Shown here piece after piece: positions 40,959-49,599 of a stretch of DNA of 64,000 bases. The stretch lies in assembly GCA_963727485.1 (NCBI GenBank), contig CAVSGM010000003.1, positions 384,001 to 448,000 of the forward strand, in the 5' to 3' direction. Every line of letters begins with the position of its first letter. The stretch's first letter is position 1. The notes beneath the pieces are model-generated. The model saw only the letters and a program-made list of their open reading frames with translations, was not told the DNA's origin and ran no database searches. The position numbers and the translations under genes were made by a program. The stretch comes from an uncultured delta proteobacterium. GTDB taxonomy: Bacteria > Myxococcota > Myxococcia > SLRQ01.

Positions 40959-43709
40959 ATGGCCCACGTCGACGACGACGCGTCCCGGGCGGGGCTCGCC
41001 GCCTTTCTCCCCGCGGGGGTGCCCCGGCGCCTCGCCGAGGGCGGGGGCCGCCTCGCCTGGCGCCGGGAGGTGACCGTCCTCTTCGCCGACCTCACCGGGT
41101 TCACCGACCTCTGCGAGGGCCTCGCCCCCGACGCCGTCGCCGAGCTCCTCTCGGGGATCTTCGACCGGATGACCGAGGTGGTGGAGGCCCACGGGGGCCT
41201 GGTGGACAAGTTCCTCGGCGACGCCTGCATGGCGCTCTTCGGCGCCCTCGACGCCCGGGGCGACGACGCCACCTGCGCCGCCCGGGCCGCCCTCGACCTG
41301 GTGGACGCGGTGGCCGCCTACGGGCGGGCCCAGGCGGCGCGGCTCCGGGGCCGGCCCCTCTCGGCGAGCGTGGGCCTGGAGACCGGCCCGGCCTTCGTGG
41401 GGGTGGTCGGCGAGCGCCAGCGCACCTTCACCGCCTTCGGCGACACGGTGAACACCGCCGCCCGCCTCGAGGCCCTCGCCGGCCCCGGGGAGGTCATCGC
41501 CGGGGAGGCGGCGGCGGCGCACCTCGCCGAGTCCCTGGTGAGCCGGCCCCTGGCCCCGGTGGCCCTCAAGGGCAAGGCCCGGCCCCAGCGGCCGGTGCGC
41601 ATCCTCCGGGGCGCGCCCGGGGCCGGGGAGGGCGTCTCCCTGGTCGGCCGCCGCGCCGCCCGCACCGCGGTGGCCCGGGGCCTGGAGCGCGCCGGCGCGG
41701 TCGTCGTCGCCGGGCCCCCGGGCTCCGGGAAGTCGGCCCTGGTGGAGACCCTGGTGGTCCCCGGGGCCTTGGTCGCCCCCGGCCGCGCGGGGATGCCTCC
41801 GGGCGACCTCCTCGCCCGCCTCCTCGCCGCCGCCGGGACCCCGGTGGCCGGAGACCCCGGCCCCGAGGCCCTGGGCCTCCTCCTCGCCCGGGTGCTGGCC
41901 CGCCGGGCCCGGGCCGGGGGGCTCCTGGTGGTCACCGATGACCTCGACCTCGCCAGTGAGTCCGACCGCCGCCTCCTCGCCCGGGCGGTGGCCCGGGCCC
42001 GGGGCGCCGGGGGGCGGTGGCTCGCCGGGGCCACCCACCCCGAGCTCGCCCTCCTCGAGGCGGCGGCGGTGGTCCGGGTGGACCTGGCGCCCCTGGACCT
42101 CGACGCCGCCCGGCGCCTCCTCGAGGCGCGCCTCGCCGCCGCGGGGGTGCCGGTGCCGAAGGTGGCGGCGGTGGAGCAGGTCTGCCGCGCCGTGGGCCTG
42201 TGGCCCGGGCCCCTGGTGGAGGCGGCGCGGGTCCTGGCGGCCACCGGGGGCGAGGTCCCGGTCGGTGGCCTCCCCCAGGACCTCGACGCCCTGATCCTCG
42301 CCCGCCTCGACCGCCTCCCCGGGCCCGAGCGGGCCCACCTCGACCGGTGGGCGGCGAGGACCGAGGCGGCGCGGCTCGCCGGTCTCCCGGCGGCGCCCGG
42401 GGCCGCCCTCGCCGCCGCCCCGGCGGCGCCCGGTCCCGGGTTGCTCCGGGCCGTCGCCGGGGGCCTCGCCGCCCCGGCGCGCCGGGCCCTCCACCGGGAC
42501 CTGGCCGCCGACCGCGGCGTCCCCCCGGCCCTGCGCCTCGCCCACCGGGCCCTCGCCGGCGGGCCCCAGGGCGCCCGGGCCTACCGGGCCCTGGCCGCCT
42601 GGCTCCTCCGCCGGGCCCACCCCGCCGCGGCCCTGGAGGCGGCGTCCGCGGGGCTCAAGATCCTCCACCAGACCCCCAGGCCGCGGCGCGAGGCCCTGGA
42701 GACGGCGCTGCACCTGGCGCGCGGCGAGGCCCGGCGCCTCACCGGCGATCGCCTCGGCGCCGCCGAGGCCTTCCAGACCGCGGCCCGGGGGTCCGGCCGC
42801 GCCGGGGTCGACGCCAGGCGGTCCCTGGCGCGGCTCCTCTGGCTCCGGGGCGATCTCGGGGCCGCCGCCGAGCTCGCCGCCCGGGCCGAGGCCGAGGCCC
42901 GGGCCGCCGGGTGGGCCGACCTCGCCGCCGCCAGCCGGGTGCTCCGGGGCAACGCCGCCTTCGAGGCCGGGGACCTCGCCGGCGCCCGGGATCACTACCT
43001 CGCCGCCCTCCCCGAGGCCGAGGCCGCCGACCCGCCCCTGGCCCGGCGCCTGCGCATGAACCTCGGCGCCGCCCGGGCGGCCGGCGGCGACCCCGCCTCG
43101 GCCCTGCAGGCCTTCGACGCCCTGGCGCCGGACGCGGTCGCGGATCCCGAGCTCGCCGCCCAGCTCGCCCACAACCGGGCCATGGCCCTCCGGGATCTTC
43201 GCCGCCCCGAGGCCGCCCACGCCTTCGCCGACGCCGCCGCCCGCGCCGACGCCCTCGGGGACCTCCGGCTGGCGGCCATGGCCCGCCTCGAGCTCGGGGC
43301 CGCCCTCCTCGACGCCCCGGGGGCCGCGGCCTCCGCCCCCGGCGGGGGCGATCCGGTGGCCACCGCCCGCGCCGAGGTCGCCGAGGCCATGGAGCGCTTC
43401 GCCCTGGTGGACGATCGCCTCGGCCTCGGGGACGCCTACAAGCTCGCCGGCCGGGCCGAGGCCCGCCTGGGGCAGCCGCGCCGGGCCCTGGCCTGGCTCC
43501 AGCGCGCCGTGGATCTCCTGGGCCGCGAGGGCGCCACCTTGGCCCTGGCCGAGGCCCTCGACGGCCTCGCCGAGGTGCAGGCGGGCCTCGGGGAGGCCCA
43601 CGCCGCCGACGCCGCCCGCCGCCGCGCCGCCCACCTCCGGCGCCGGGCGGGGGTCACGCCGGACCCCGACGGCGCCGCTGACCCGGCCGGGGCCCCGGCA
43701 ACCCCTTGA
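40959..43709 (+). CDS. Class III nucleotide cyclase - STAND-like P-loop NTPase - TPR protein
   Basis: VTVLFADLTGFT, DKFLGD, GDTVNTAARLE; LVGR, GPPGSGKS, LVVTDDL, LILARLDRL; C-terminal TPR-like helices. Confidence 0.85.
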   Translation: MAHVDDDASRAGLAAFLPAGVPRRLAEGGGRLAWRREVTVLFADLTGFTDLCEGLAPDAVAELLSGIFDRMTEVVEAHGGLVDKFLGDACMALFGALDARGDDATCAARAALDLVDAVAAYGRAQAARLRGRPLSASVGLETGPAFVGVVGERQRTFTAFGDTVNTAARLEALAGPGEVIAGEAAAAHLAESLVSRPLAPVALKGKARPQRPVRILRGAPGAGEGVSLVGRRAARTAVARGLERAGAVVVAGPPGSGKSALVETLVVPGALVAPGRAGMPPGDLLARLLAAAGTPVAGDPGPEALGLLLARVLARRARAGGLLVVTDDLDLASESDRRLLARAVARARGAGGRWLAGATHPELALLEAAAVVRVDLAPLDLDAARRLLEARLAAAGVPVPKVAAVEQVCRAVGLWPGPLVEAARVLAATGGEVPVGGLPQDLDALILARLDRLPGPERAHLDRWAARTEAARLAGLPAAPGAALAAAPAAPGPGLLRAVAGGLAAPARRALHRDLAADRGVPPALRLAHRALAGGPQGARAYRALAAWLLRRAHPAAALEAASAGLKILHQTPRPRREALETALHLARGEARRLTGDRLGAAEAFQTAARGSGRAGVDARRSLARLLWLRGDLGAAAELAARAEAEARAAGWADLAAASRVLRGNAAFEAGDLAGARDHYLAALPEAEAADPPLARRLRMNLGAARAAGGDPASALQAFDALAPDAVADPELAAQLAHNRAMALRDLRRPEAAHAFADAAARADALGDLRLAAMARLELGAALLDAPGAAASAPGGGDPVATARAEVAEAMERFALVDDRLGLGDAYKLAGRAEARLGQPRRALAWLQRAVDLLGREGATLALAEALDGLAEVQAGLGEAHAADAARRRAAHLRRRAGVTPDPDGAADPAGAPATP

Positions 43710-43727
43710 TCTCCCGGGGCCGGCGGC

Positions 43728-43743
43728 TGGCACGCCTCGTGAT
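43728..43743 (+). promoter_or_regulatory. Possible sigma54 promoter (perfect -24, imperfect -12)
   Basis: TGGCACG-CCTC-GTGAT versus consensus TGGCACG-N4-TTGCW, upstream of the AGGAGG RBS of 43772. Confidence 0.3.
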
Positions 43744-43771
43744 GTACCGAGGGACAGGAGGTCCCAAGACC

Positions 43772-44344
43772 ATGCACCAGCTCTCCCGTCTCGCCCTCGC
43801 CGTCCTCGTCTCTGGCCTCGTCGCCACCGCCCCCGCGGCCGCCCGTGCCGACGGTCACGGCCACCCCAGCCACAGCGCCGCCGCCCGCGCCGGCGTCTGG
43901 GTCGAGGGGTGGAGCGCCGCCGCCTCGGTGAAGGCCGACGCCGGCGGCGACCTCTTCATCCCCGGGGTGGTCCGGGTCCACATCCCCGCCGGGGCCCTCC
44001 CGGAGGACATGGTGATCTATGTCCGCGCGGAGGTGGTCCACGTCGACGGCCAGGCCTTCCTCGCCTTCACCTTCGGCCCCAACGGCTCGGTGTTCAACGA
44101 ACCGCTGACGGTCACCGTGTCGCCCCGGCTCATCCGGGGCATGAACCTGAAGCCCGGCCAGGTCTGGTACGACGCCGGCAGCCTCGCCGACGGCAACCTG
44201 AACTGGGTCCCCGCCGACGCCACCGCCCAGACCGGCCCCACGAATGATCGCGACGGCCTCGACGGCGAGCGCTACGTCTTCCAGGTCCACCACTTCTCCC
44301 GCTACGCCCTGGGGAGCATCGTGTGGAGCGGCCAGTGGTGGTAG
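43772..44344 (+). CDS. Secreted ZU5-like protein with a C-terminal HFS motif
   Basis: Signal ending APAAARA; GGDL...VHIPAGAL....I, FGPNGSVFNEPLTVT, VHHFSRYAL. Confidence 0.7.
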   Translation: MHQLSRLALAVLVSGLVATAPAAARADGHGHPSHSAAARAGVWVEGWSAAASVKADAGGDLFIPGVVRVHIPAGALPEDMVIYVRAEVVHVDGQAFLAFTFGPNGSVFNEPLTVTVSPRLIRGMNLKPGQVWYDAGSLADGNLNWVPADATAQTGPTNDRDGLDGERYVFQVHHFSRYALGSIVWSGQWW

Positions 44345-46083
44345 GCCGCGCGACCGAGGACCGGGCCCCCGCGCTGGACGCGGTGGCCCGGGCGCTCCTC
44401 GCCGGGGGCCTCTCCGACGCCGCGGTGGAGCGCGCCTGCTTCGCCGAGACCGTGGGCGGGGCCTGCCTGGTGGACGCGCTGCTCGCGACCGGGGAGGTGC
44501 CGCCGGTGGCCTTCGCGGCGGCGGTGCGGGCGGTCCACGGGCTCCCGGCGGTGGGCCCCGAGGCCCTGGCCCGGGCGCCCGCCGAGGGGGCGGCGTGGCT
44601 CCCGGTGGCCCTCGCCGGCGCCGCCGGCGCCGTGGCCCTCGCCCGGGGCGAGCACCTCCGGGTGGCGATCTCGGATCCCTCTCGCCTCGAGGCCCTGGAG
44701 GCCCTGCGCCAGGCGGTGGACCGGCCGATGGACCTGGTCTACGGCCCCCCGGGCGCGGTGCGCGAGGCCTTCGGCCGGGTCTACCACGTGGTCTGGCCCG
44801 AGACCTTCTACCGCGAGCCCGGCCGCCGGCGCCTCGACCCCGGGGGCTTCCCCACCGGCGCCGGCGTCCCCGGGGTGCCCCGGGACGCGGTGGCCTCGGC
44901 GGCGTTCCTCGAGGGGCGGCTCTGGGAGGCGCGGAGCAGCCGCCAGGTGATCGAGGCGGTGCTCACCTTCCTCGCCGGGTGCTACGACGCCGCCGCCTTC
45001 TTCCTGGTGGAGGGCGAGCTGGTCGCCGGCCGCGAGGCCATGGGCGACCCGGACCTCAAGCGCGTGGTGCTCCCGCGCCGGGGGCCGACCCTCTTCTCCC
45101 GGGTCCTCGACGCCCGCCGGCCCTTCGCCGGGCCGCCGCCGGCCCACCTCGCCGACGCGGTGGTCCACCGGCGGGTCTCCCGCCCGCCGCCGCGGCAGGT
45201 GCTCTACGTGCCCCTGTGCTTCGACGCCACACCGGTGGGGCTCCTCTACGCCGACGCGGTCCGGGACGACGCCCGCCTGCCCCCGGGGATGGACCCGGCC
45301 CGCCTCGGCACCCTCACCGTCTCGGCGCTCCAGGATCTCTTCGCCCGCCACCTCCAGGCGGTCTTCGACCTGGCGGCGGAGGGGGACCGGCGCCGCCGCC
45401 CGGCCGGCGTCCCCGCGGACCCCGGTGACCCGGTGGCGCACGTGGCCACGGTCGCCGGCCACGACCGGGGGGCGGTGGCCGAGGTGGTGCGCCTCGGGGC
45501 CGCGGCGATCCCGGCCCTGGTCGAAGCCTTCCCCGGCCGGCTCCGGCCGGAGGTCGACGCCGATCCCGACGCCCGGGAGGACGTGGCCCGGCACTCGGAG
45601 CTCCTCGCCGCGGTGTCGGCCATGGGCTCGGCCGGGGTGGCGGTGGCCCTGGCCGCCCTCTCCGACCCGGACCCGGTGCGCCGGCGCTTCGGGGCCCTGC
45701 TCTTCACCCGGCTCCCGGCCCGGGAGGGCCTCCCGGCCCTGGTGGCCCTCCTCGCCGACGACGCGCCCGGGGTCGCCGACGCCGCGGTGCGGGCCCTCTC
45801 ACGCCAGGGGCGCACCGCCGAGGGCCCGGCCCTGGCCCGCCGCCTGGTCGAGGGCCTCGCCGCCGAAGGGGTGGACGACGCGCCCCACCGCCGGCGCCTC
45901 CTCCGGGTCCTCGGGGCCCTGGGGCAGCCGGCGACGGTCCCGGCGATCCTGGGGACGCTGGCGGACCCCGAGGTCGCCGCCGACGCCGAGGCCGCCCTGG
46001 AGGCGCTCCTCGGCCCGCCGCCCCCGGGGCGCGACCGGGTCCGGGCCTGGCGCCGCCACTGGCGGCGGGTCGGGCGCCAGTAG
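44323..46083 (+). CDS. GspE-N (T2SSE_N)-like + GAF-like + HEAT-repeat protein (start uncertain)
   Basis: LRVAISDP...EALEALRQAVDRPM..V......REAFGRVY; VLYVPL.....VGLLYAD; HEAT motifs ALSDPDPVRR and LLADDAPGVADAA. Confidence 0.65.
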   Translation: MERPVVVGRATEDRAPALDAVARALLAGGLSDAAVERACFAETVGGACLVDALLATGEVPPVAFAAAVRAVHGLPAVGPEALARAPAEGAAWLPVALAGAAGAVALARGEHLRVAISDPSRLEALEALRQAVDRPMDLVYGPPGAVREAFGRVYHVVWPETFYREPGRRRLDPGGFPTGAGVPGVPRDAVASAAFLEGRLWEARSSRQVIEAVLTFLAGCYDAAAFFLVEGELVAGREAMGDPDLKRVVLPRRGPTLFSRVLDARRPFAGPPPAHLADAVVHRRVSRPPPRQVLYVPLCFDATPVGLLYADAVRDDARLPPGMDPARLGTLTVSALQDLFARHLQAVFDLAAEGDRRRRPAGVPADPGDPVAHVATVAGHDRGAVAEVVRLGAAAIPALVEAFPGRLRPEVDADPDAREDVARHSELLAAVSAMGSAGVAVALAALSDPDPVRRRFGALLFTRLPAREGLPALVALLADDAPGVADAAVRALSRQGRTAEGPALARRLVEGLAAEGVDDAPHRRRLLRVLGALGQPATVPAILGTLADPEVAADAEAALEALLGPPPPGRDRVRAWRRHWRRVGRQ

Positions 46084-46110
46084 CTCGGCCTGCCGTGCGC
46101 CCGCCGGCGC

Positions 46111-46989
46111 CTAGAACCTGAAGGCCACCGCCGCCGCCGGGTAGACCGCCAGGCCCCCGAGCTGCTCCGGGCTGCCGAAGATGGTGCTGGTGGAGGTGGC
46201 GTAGCCCACGTTCACCTCCACGAAGAGCTTCACGAACGACGGCCCGATCCCGATCCCGAAGGCCCCGCCGCCGTAGTGGACCAGGCCGGCGAGGGTGGCC
46301 TTGGCGTCGAGGGTGCCGCTGGGGGTGTCCACGTGGAGCACGGCGGGGAGGCGGTACCACCCCAGGCGGTACTTGCCGGCGAGGTAGAGGTCGAGGACGC
46401 CGCCGAGGAGCCGCCAGCCCCCCAGCAGGGTCACCTCGCCGTCGTAGCGCTGGGGGTTCTGGAAGTGGGCGTACTGGAAGAGCTGGCTCGCCTGCTTGAG
46501 GTGGCTCTCGAGCTGGAAGAGCGAGACGTCGAAGGTGTAGACCTCGACGCCGCCGAGGAGGGCCAGGGCGAAGGTCCCCTTGTCCCCGGTGAGCTGCCAC
46601 TTGGCGTCGACGCGCCAGGCGCTGGTGGACCAGGTGAAGCCCGCGTCGAGGTGCTTGAGGAGGCCGAGGCGCCCGCCGATCTCGGCCACCGGCTCCGGGG
46701 GGAGCACCGCCAGGGAGGCGGCGAGGCGCAGGATCTCGGCCTGGGTCTTCTGGTCGGGGAGCTGGGCGTTGCCGGCCTCGGCGGCCTTCAGCTCGGCGGC
46801 GTGCTGGTCGGCGAGGGTCTTGGCCTCGGCCAGCTGGCCCACCGGGAGGTAGGCGCCGCCGCCGGCGTAGGCGCGCACGTGGAGGGGCTCGAGGGTCCGC
46901 GGGGTCTGCACCGTGGCGAGGTTGGTGGCGCAGCCGGTGGCGAGGAGGGCCGGGACCAGGACGAGGGCGAGGCGACGGGGGAGGCGCAT
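46111..46989 (-). CDS. Outer-membrane beta-barrel-like lipoprotein
   Basis: Lipobox ATGC; QTPRTL; alternating strands; C-terminal Phe (VAFRF). Confidence 0.7.
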   Translation of the reverse strand: MRLPRRLALVLVPALLATGCATNLATVQTPRTLEPLHVRAYAGGGAYLPVGQLAEAKTLADQHAAELKAAEAGNAQLPDQKTQAEILRLAASLAVLPPEPVAEIGGRLGLLKHLDAGFTWSTSAWRVDAKWQLTGDKGTFALALLGGVEVYTFDVSLFQLESHLKQASQLFQYAHFQNPQRYDGEVTLLGGWRLLGGVLDLYLAGKYRLGWYRLPAVLHVDTPSGTLDAKATLAGLVHYGGGAFGIGIGPSFVKLFVEVNVGYATSTSTIFGSPEQLGGLAVYPAAAVAFRF

Positions 46990-47036
46990 GGGGCCATTGT
47001 CGTCGCCGGCGGGGGTGGCCGCCAGTGACGGGGATC

Positions 47037-47772
47037 TCACTTCTTCCAGGCGGGGACCCGGAAGGCCTCGTGGGCAGTCGTCCTGGTGCTGGCGGGCGTC
47101 CATGAGCGCCTCGGGGCGGGGGAAGGCCGAGAGGTGCGCCCGGGGGATGGTGAGCCAGAGCTGGGTGAGCACGGTCTGGCCACCGGGGGTCTTCTGGCAG
47201 CGCAGCTGGATCGCCGCGGCGTGGGGGGTGTGGAAGGCGCGCTCAAAAGCGGCGACGAGGGCGTGGCGGCGCACCCGGTGGCCGGCGAGGTGCGCCAGGT
47301 GCCGGCCGAAGGCGCTGGTCGCCACCTGCCGGCGCATCGAGAGCTCGGTCTCGAAGAAGGTGCGCGCGTCGAAGCCGAAGCACTGGACGTGCTTGTCGTA
47401 CTCGTGGGTGAGGAGGCTCTGCGGCAGGTGCGGCATCACCTGCAGCACGGCGCGCCGGAGCTTGGTCGGGATGGGCGGGGGCGCGTCGGTGGGGTGGAAG
47501 AGGTCGCAGCCGTGGGCCCACCAGTAGGGCGGCGGCTTGCCGGCGCGGACGAGGGACGGCGGCCTCGAGGCCCAGAGTCCGTGGAGGCCGAGGCCCACGT
47601 GGGGCTGGTCCGCGGCGCACCGGTGGGTGAGGCAGAAGCCCGCCTGCCAGGTGAGCGCGAGGGTGTAGTGGTCGAAGCCGCCGTGGCGCTTCGGGGCGAG
47701 GGGGGCGGGGCCGGCGCCGAGGGCGAGGAGGGACAGGGCGGCGACGAGGGGCGTCAGGCGGCGGGGGCGCAT
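47037..47772 (-). CDS. Secreted ribonuclease T2; probable frameshift near 47070
   Basis: YTLALTWQAGFC, LHGLW (CAS I), HEYDKHVQC (CAS II); alternative-frame end EAFRVPAWKK-stop at 47037. Confidence 0.85.
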
Positions 47773-47887
47773 GGCGGCACTTGAGCACGGGGGCGCCGGG
47801 CCGGCAACGCCGGTCCCCGTGACGGCCCCGTTCCCCTGCGGTATGCCGGACGGGCGCGAGGTTCCGCACTCGCCACGGAGGAAAGCC

Positions 47888-49594
47888 ATGGCTCGTCACG
47901 TCCGCCGGGTGACCCGGCGCGCCTTCATCCGCCTCGCCGGGGCCGCCGCCGCCGGCGCCGACGTCCTCCTCGCCGCCTGCGCCACCCCGGTGAAGCGCGC
48001 CCGGGCGGCCACCGGGGCCGGCGAGGCGACCGGCGGCCCCGCGTCCGCCTCCGCATCGGGCGGCGCCACCGCCCCCACCACCGCCGGCGCCATCCCCCTG
48101 GAGGAGGCGACCCTCGAGGGCCTCGAGGCGGCGATGGCCGCGGGGAAGGTCACCAGCGAGCAGCTCGTCGAGGCCTACCTGGCGCGCATCGCCGCCCTCG
48201 ACCCCAAGCTCAACGCCATCATCGAGACCAGCCCCACGGCCAGGGCCGACGCGCGGGCCCGGGACGCCGAGCGCAAGGCGGGCAAGGCCCTGGGCCCGCT
48301 CCACGGGATCCCGGTCGTCCTCAAGGACAACCTGGACACGGTGGCGCCGCTTGCCACCACCGCCGGGTCCCGGGCGCTGGCCGGGCTCACCCGCGCGCAG
48401 GACGCCCACGCGGTGGCCAGGCTCCGGGCGGCGGGCGCGGTGATCCTCGCCAAGGCCAACCTCTCCGAGTGGGCCAACTTCCGCTCCACCCACTCCTCGA
48501 GCGGGTGGAGCGGCGTGGGGGGCCAGGGCCGAAACCCCTACGCCCTCGATCGCTCGCCCTGCGGCTCGAGCTCGGGGCCGGCACAGGCGATGGCGGCGAA
48601 CCTCGGGGCGGTCGCCATCGGCACCGAGACCGACGGCTCCATCGTCTGCCCCTCGGCGATGTGCGGGGTGGTCGGCCTCAAGCCCACGGTGGGCCGGGTG
48701 AGCCGCCACGGGGTGGTGCCCATCTCCCACAGCCAGGACACCGCCGGGCCCATCACCCGCACCGTCGCCGACGCCGCCCGGGTGCTCGCCGCCATCGAGG
48801 GCCCGGATGCCGCCGACCCGGCGACCCGGGACGCCGGGAAGCACACCCTCCCGGCGCTCACCAAGCTCCTCGACGCCGACGCCCTGAAGGGCGCGCGCAT
48901 CGGCGTCCCCCGGCAGAGCTTCTGGGGCTACAGCCCCCACGCCGACGCCGTGTGCGAGGCGGCGCTGAAGATCCTGGCGAAGCAGGGGGCGGTGCTGGTG
49001 GATCCCGCGGACCTCCCCGAGGCCAAGGCTTTGGCGGCCGGCGACGCCGAGAACGAGGTCCTCCTCTACGAGTTCCACCACGATCTCGACGCCTACCTGA
49101 AGGCGCTGCCGGCCTCGGCGCCGGTCCACAGCCTCGCCGAGCTCATCGCCTGGAACACCGCCCACGCCGACCAGGAGCTGCCCTTCTTCGGCCAGGAGCT
49201 CTTCGAGGAGGCGGTGAAGAAGGGACCCTTGACCGAGCCCGCCTACCAGAAGGCGCTGGCCGAGTGCCACCGCCTCGCCCGGACCAACGGCATCGACAAG
49301 GTCATGGACGAGCACCAGCTCGACGCCCTGGTGATGCCCACCCTCGATCCGGCGTGGGTCATCGATCTGGTCTGCGGCGACTACATCGGTGGCGCCGGGT
49401 CCACGCCCGCGGCGGTGTCCGGCTACCCGTCGATCACCGTGCCCGCCGGCGACGCCTTCGGGCTCCCGGTGGGGCTCCTGTTCACGGGTCGGGCCTGGAG
49501 CGAGCCCACGCTCATCCGCCTCGCCCATGCCTTCGAGCAGGCGACGAAGGCGCGGCGCAAACCGGGGTTCGAGCCGACCCTCCGCCTGGGGTGA
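47888..49594 (+). CDS. Tat-exported amidase-signature enzyme
   Basis: TRRAFI twin-arginine; KDNLDT, GSSSG, GTETDGSIVCP. Confidence 0.92.
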   Translation: MARHVRRVTRRAFIRLAGAAAAGADVLLAACATPVKRARAATGAGEATGGPASASASGGATAPTTAGAIPLEEATLEGLEAAMAAGKVTSEQLVEAYLARIAALDPKLNAIIETSPTARADARARDAERKAGKALGPLHGIPVVLKDNLDTVAPLATTAGSRALAGLTRAQDAHAVARLRAAGAVILAKANLSEWANFRSTHSSSGWSGVGGQGRNPYALDRSPCGSSSGPAQAMAANLGAVAIGTETDGSIVCPSAMCGVVGLKPTVGRVSRHGVVPISHSQDTAGPITRTVADAARVLAAIEGPDAADPATRDAGKHTLPALTKLLDADALKGARIGVPRQSFWGYSPHADAVCEAALKILAKQGAVLVDPADLPEAKALAAGDAENEVLLYEFHHDLDAYLKALPASAPVHSLAELIAWNTAHADQELPFFGQELFEEAVKKGPLTEPAYQKALAECHRLARTNGIDKVMDEHQLDALVMPTLDPAWVIDLVCGDYIGGAGSTPAAVSGYPSITVPAGDAFGLPVGLLFTGRAWSEPTLIRLAHAFEQATKARRKPGFEPTLRLG

Positions 49595-49599
49595 TCACC

